From positions 1 to 22,087 of the forward strand of contig JAZGDW010000293.1 of assembly GCA_036478295.1 (NCBI GenBank): a stretch of DNA of 22,087 nucleotides, given 5' to 3'. The notes under the pieces are model-generated. The model was not told where the DNA came from and searched no databases. It was given only the letters and a program-made list of their open reading frames with translations. The DNA is from Candidatus Krumholzibacteriia bacterium (GTDB lineage Bacteria; Krumholzibacteriota; Krumholzibacteriia; WVZY01). The first letter of the stretch is position 1. The number at the start of each line of letters is the position of its first letter. Positions 19,601 to 22,087 of this stretch are shown here, piece by piece. The position numbers and the translations under genes were made by a program.

Positions 19601-21375
19601 CTGGTCGCCGCGCCCATGGGAGTGGCGCTCGAGCGTTGAATGCCGGTATTCATGTAGGCGCCGTTGTCGTAGCAGAAATAGACCGAGTCCTTCGCGAGTC
19701 CCCGCTCGAGAAGACCGCTCAACGCCTGCAAACCGATATCGTACGTGCCGCCGTCGCCCGCCCATCCGAAGAACTTCAGTTTCTTCTTCATCTTGCCCCG
19801 CTTGCGCAGGTAGCGGTACGCCGCGTCCATTCCTTCCAGATTCGCGCCCAGACCGCCGAAGGTCGTGTGCAGCCAGTTTGGCCACGCGGTATCCGGATAG
19901 ATGGTCGTGGCCACTTCCGCGCAACCGGTCGCCCCGCTGTAGATGCACTCGATCTCCGGGTCCAGATCGGCGACGGACCGCACCACCAGATTGAACGCAG
20001 TGGCCACCGGACACCCCGCACAAAGCCTGTGCCCCGAGCTGATCTCCCCGTCGTGTTCCTGCAGCTGCGCCAGCGGCCGGTCGTCTTCGATCTTTTCGGG
20101 CTCGGGCATCGTCGTTTCTACCTGCGAGATAATTTTTTCGAAATCGTCATCACGGGTCCGGTTCGGCATAAACGGCGCGCGCAAAACACCGACCTTCTCC
20201 GTTATCATCTTGCCCTGCGCCACAGAGATCACTTCGTAATGCGCGGTCACCACCGCGTCGAACGAACCTTCGGACCTGTTGATGACCGCCTCGAGCGATG
20301 CATTTTCAATAACGTCCGCCTTTTCGAAAGCCTCGCGCTGTCGATTGGTGCCATTGCTCCCAGCGGTAGGAATCGCCGTGATGCGGAACCCGTCGAGCTG
20401 CAGACGGGCCGCCAGCGCCTTGTCGTATTCACTCATTCCGTAGACAAGTACGTCGGCCAGGGGACGGACTATTTTCCGCCACTGCTTGCCGTTTTCGCTG
20501 GAATAGGTATAGAGGAGCGGCCGCTGTGCGGTGCTGAGGTCGCCCGGCGTGTGCAGGATTTGCACGATCCGCCGACCGGAAAGGGATTTCTTGCCCGAGG
20601 TAGCATCGTAGACCATCTGGTATTCCGCGCATTCGTCCAGCCGACGGGCGTCCAGTGCTTCCCGCTTGAGGAGATCGCCTTCGACCTCGATGCGTTTGCC
20701 GTACACGCCGTCGAACACCTTGGGCTGGGCAGCCTTGACCAGCTTCCCGTCCACCATCTCGATGGCGGCGGCGTCGAGCGGGCAGACGTGGTGGCACATC
20801 GCGCACCCCTTGCAGTAGTCGTAGTCGACCAGGTTCAGCTTGCCGGTCACCGGGTCAAGTCGAATGGCGTCTTCCGGACACCAGATCCCGCACTGCTCGC
20901 AGACGTTGCACTTTTCCGGATCGATGACGGCGACTGTCTTCGCCCACGATCCCGTGTACGTGTCTCTGGCGGTGAATTTTTCCCGGATCACCGCACCGGG
21001 TGTCACTTCTTCCCAACCCCAGCGGCCTCTCGAGAAAGGGGTCCAGGATTCCGCTTGCAGGTACCGCGACACCAACGCATTACCCTCGTCAGTGTTCGAT
21101 TCCTTGCCGTTGCCCTGGGCGAGTACGGCACAGGTGCCGTCGTCGTACTCGGCGACCAGCGCCAGCGGATCCCGGCTTCCCTTGCAGGTAACGACCGAAA
21201 AACGGGCGTCCTTCCAGCCCTCCTTGAGCGGCCATTGTCCGTCACTGATAATCTGGTGCGCCATCTGCCTGCCCTGCTCGCCGAGATAGGATTTCGTGAA
21301 ATCCCCCACGGCTATTGACTCGATGGTCAGGGCGTCCGTTCCTCGGAGTTTTACGACGCCGAACGGTGTATTCAT
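16633..21375 (-). CDS. Single-chain 2-oxoacid (probably pyruvate/2-ketoisovalerate):ferredoxin oxidoreductase, domain order delta-beta-gamma-alpha
   Basis: AGAGGAG RBS; TGSW plus CNVCEQCGIWCP and DYDYCKGCAMCHHVCP (delta); GHRLCAGC, ATGC, GDGG.YDIG, DNGAYMNTG.QRS, SNC (beta); RAGDGGVTAA, YGPERRGAP (gamma); TGSEA.A, FPITPST, ESEHS, TASQG (alpha). Uninterrupted 1580-aa ORF. Confidence 0.92.
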   Translation of the reverse strand: MNTPFGVVKLRGTDALTIESIAVGDFTKSYLGEQGRQMAHQIISDGQWPLKEGWKDARFSVVTCKGSRDPLALVAEYDDGTCAVLAQGNGKESNTDEGNALVSRYLQAESWTPFSRGRWGWEEVTPGAVIREKFTARDTYTGSWAKTVAVIDPEKCNVCEQCGIWCPEDAIRLDPVTGKLNLVDYDYCKGCAMCHHVCPLDAAAIEMVDGKLVKAAQPKVFDGVYGKRIEVEGDLLKREALDARRLDECAEYQMVYDATSGKKSLSGRRIVQILHTPGDLSTAQRPLLYTYSSENGKQWRKIVRPLADVLVYGMSEYDKALAARLQLDGFRITAIPTAGSNGTNRQREAFEKADVIENASLEAVINRSEGSFDAVVTAHYEVISVAQGKMITEKVGVLRAPFMPNRTRDDDFEKIISQVETTMPEPEKIEDDRPLAQLQEHDGEISSGHRLCAGCPVATAFNLVVRSVADLDPEIECIYSGATGCAEVATTIYPDTAWPNWLHTTFGGLGANLEGMDAAYRYLRKRGKMKKKLKFFGWAGDGGTYDIGLQALSGLLERGLAKDSVYFCYDNGAYMNTGIQRSSATPMGAATSTSPIGEVIPGKPQFRKDIEHIAGAHNSVYVAKVSPSHQIDFINKLKKAVQHDGPAFVVCYSNCTIGHRTPAELTTEQSQLAVECGFWPLFEIENGETRLTLPEPSAFNPRVRPENKVTLLQWLKTEGRFAQHFDKKGNFVSREHEMQFRELERQLLMNWRKLQAEDRLTQRKDQLMEELTEYLREKNAKRLKDLTTKPHLFGLAGYTQSYIDELSWVDEGGKPKPFLRRVLENVRRCLDSEGYKLKDPELGEKLYAVFIQEYSTLIEDQRALARARAAKAAVAREAKEIIEAATGSAMDEKEKQKNRAVVGPHPLAGRIFARAGDGGVTAAKLFVSLLKEVGLFGKAAPDYGPERRGAPVGTNFTVSGRELRTQASFEKYFISIVVNPDDAGWPISQWRDGVVGDGVVILNTPLAADQARRRYEIPATQVLVVADATAARESYRVPETVTLLACVLKALVNRGIAFPADYLEERWKKLLAKEFAGKANTAKIVQSNMDAFWNTYRDAALSDCEGAATPSRAAAETSGFEQAPPEKLLTGSEAIAEAWRQINPGVFAMFPITPSTEVGQTYSQFWADGKVDTEFIHTESEHSSFMAIIAAAACGVRAVTSTASQGMLLGKEGGLLAASLRLPVVVNVGARETNAPLNIHAGHTDFYQFRDDGWIHFIVRNAQEAYDFALIAQKAAETACLPAFLNQDGFIVTHNKDMLDTLSDGAVQAFVGEYDPEHSLLKTGGTYNPVALQDYYSEHVRTLAEAQKTLPAIIDQVFAEFAELTGRDYRRIRDYRTDDARVVVVAMGSTEGTAMDAVDELREQGLSVGLLALKTYRPFPFEEIRNTLESIKTIIVMDRANSHGAELTPLAGEVQAAAGKPVLNLEYGRGGRNTPLSLVKDIFRLGLLLDSGVEGEDVRTLLADPEPELKALLRDLELLEGEDFTRRFVEHLVAGRLIQAFGPWEHIDVRETKKRREIKLRIIDRVVSNAREFLRAEQMI

Positions 21376-21584
21376 TTTCTGCTCCTCTTTGTCAGGCGTG
21401 CGCGGACGCCCCGTGTATCATCTCTCTATTATAGGCAGGTGCGATACGTCACCTGAGGTTGCGGTTGTGCTCTTGTGCTCTTTGGCTCAAGCCTCAGATT
21501 TCTCTCGTCAGGAAATCGTGTATGAGAGTGGGCCTCTTCAAGATAACGCAATTCCTGTGACAACAAAAGTTCGCCCGTCTCTGT

Positions 21585-21598
21585 TTGACAAAAATCAA
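21585..21598. promoter_or_regulatory. FNR/CRP-family-like box upstream of the oxidoreductase
   Basis: TTGAC-AAAA-ATCAA, a 9/10 match to the FNR consensus TTGAT-N4-ATCAA. A minus-strand TATAAT also lies at 21433-21428. Confidence 0.45.
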
Positions 21599-21650
21599 TT
21601 TTTCGCGTTTTTACACTTCACGGATCAGCGAAATCGCGGGCACTGGGGGG

Positions 21651-21687
21651 AAAAAAACGAACCCAGGTCCCTGTGGACCCGGGTTCG
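21651..21687 (-). terminator. Intrinsic terminator after the CTD-bearing gene
   Basis: Minus strand cgaacccgggtcc-acag-ggacctgggttcg (13 bp with one G-U) followed by T7, starting 33 nt after the stop at 21720. Confidence 0.8.
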
Positions 21688-21719
21688 GGATAGTGAAGCA
21701 CAGACCAGCCGTTTCCATA

Positions 21720-22087
21720 CTATTTCAAGAGTACCATCTTGCGCGTGAGCACGGCATCCCGTGTAACGAGCCGGTAGAAATACACTCCCGTGGCCATGAC
21801 CCGGCCGCTCACGTTGCGGCCGTCCCACACGACACGGTTGGGTCCCGCCTCGAGATCCCGGTCGAGCAGCTTCGTAACCAGCCTGCCCTGCGCGTCGAAT
21901 ACCACCAGCGAGGCATGCCCCGCCCGCACCATATCGAACACGATCTCCGTGGATGGGTTGAACGGGTTGGGGAAATTGCGCATCGACAGCGCACCAAACG
22001 GTGGCGAGTCGAACCCCGTGGGCAACGCTTCCACGGTAAACGACTGGCCCGCGTTGTTTATGAAAACCGCATCGCCGGCCGTCAACG
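21720..22087 (-). CDS. 3' end of a secreted protein with a FlgD-Ig/T9SS type-A-like C-terminal domain (truncated by the window edge)
   Basis: RNFPNPFNPSTEI.F...VFDAQGRLV..L...WDGRN..G..MATGVYFYRL...RKMVLLK; the frame is open to the right edge, so the listed TTG start is probably internal. Confidence 0.85.
   Translation of the reverse strand, partial: LTAGDAVFINNAGQSFTVEALPTGFDSPPFGALSMRNFPNPFNPSTEIVFDMVRAGHASLVVFDAQGRLVTKLLDRDLEAGPNRVVWDGRNVSGRVMATGVYFYRLVTRDAVLTRKMVLLK

Noticed and set aside
17830..21318. Long plus-strand ORFs (415 aa and 726 aa; also 16483..17766 and 14154..15089)
   Set aside because: Antisense shadows of the oxidoreductase and kinase genes, expected in GC-rich coding DNA; no domain motifs.

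Overview
GC-rich bacterial chromosomal window with about 15 protein-coding genes and no rRNA, tRNA, CRISPR or transposase that I can see. Gene order: partial PhoX/DUF839 phosphatase (-), DinB-family protein (-), CAP-domain protein (+), VOC/glyoxalase protein (+), aconitase acnA (-), secreted triple-CHRD protein with a FlgD-Ig/T9SS-like C-terminal domain (+), DNRLRE-type lipoprotein (+), Trp-rich DUF6600-like lipoprotein (+), SAM methyltransferase (-), GT-C membrane glycosyltransferase (-), a 56-codon internally deleted Ser/Thr kinase remnant (-), bifunctional class II aldolase/SDR (+), Ser/Thr kinase-TolB-like-TPR protein (-), a 1580-aa single-chain 2-oxoacid:ferredoxin oxidoreductase (-), and the 3' end of a second FlgD-Ig/CTD protein (-). 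The NxPNPFNP...KMVLLK tails and MIGxTxxHYK kinases suggest an FCB-group lineage such as Krumholzibacteriota or Latescibacterota (inference only). Main points of interest: (1) the oxidoreductase fuses the four Por subunits in the non-canonical order delta-beta-gamma-alpha and carries extra uncharacterised inserts; (2) the mini-gene joins the first 33 residues of a kinase-TPR protein to its C-terminal motif and keeps a near-consensus promoter at the head of the glycosyltransferase-methyltransferase unit; (3) a structured intergenic region at 7085-7392 holds a three-way junction plus a promoter-leader-terminator unit. All family assignments are from motif recognition by eye; no database searches were run.
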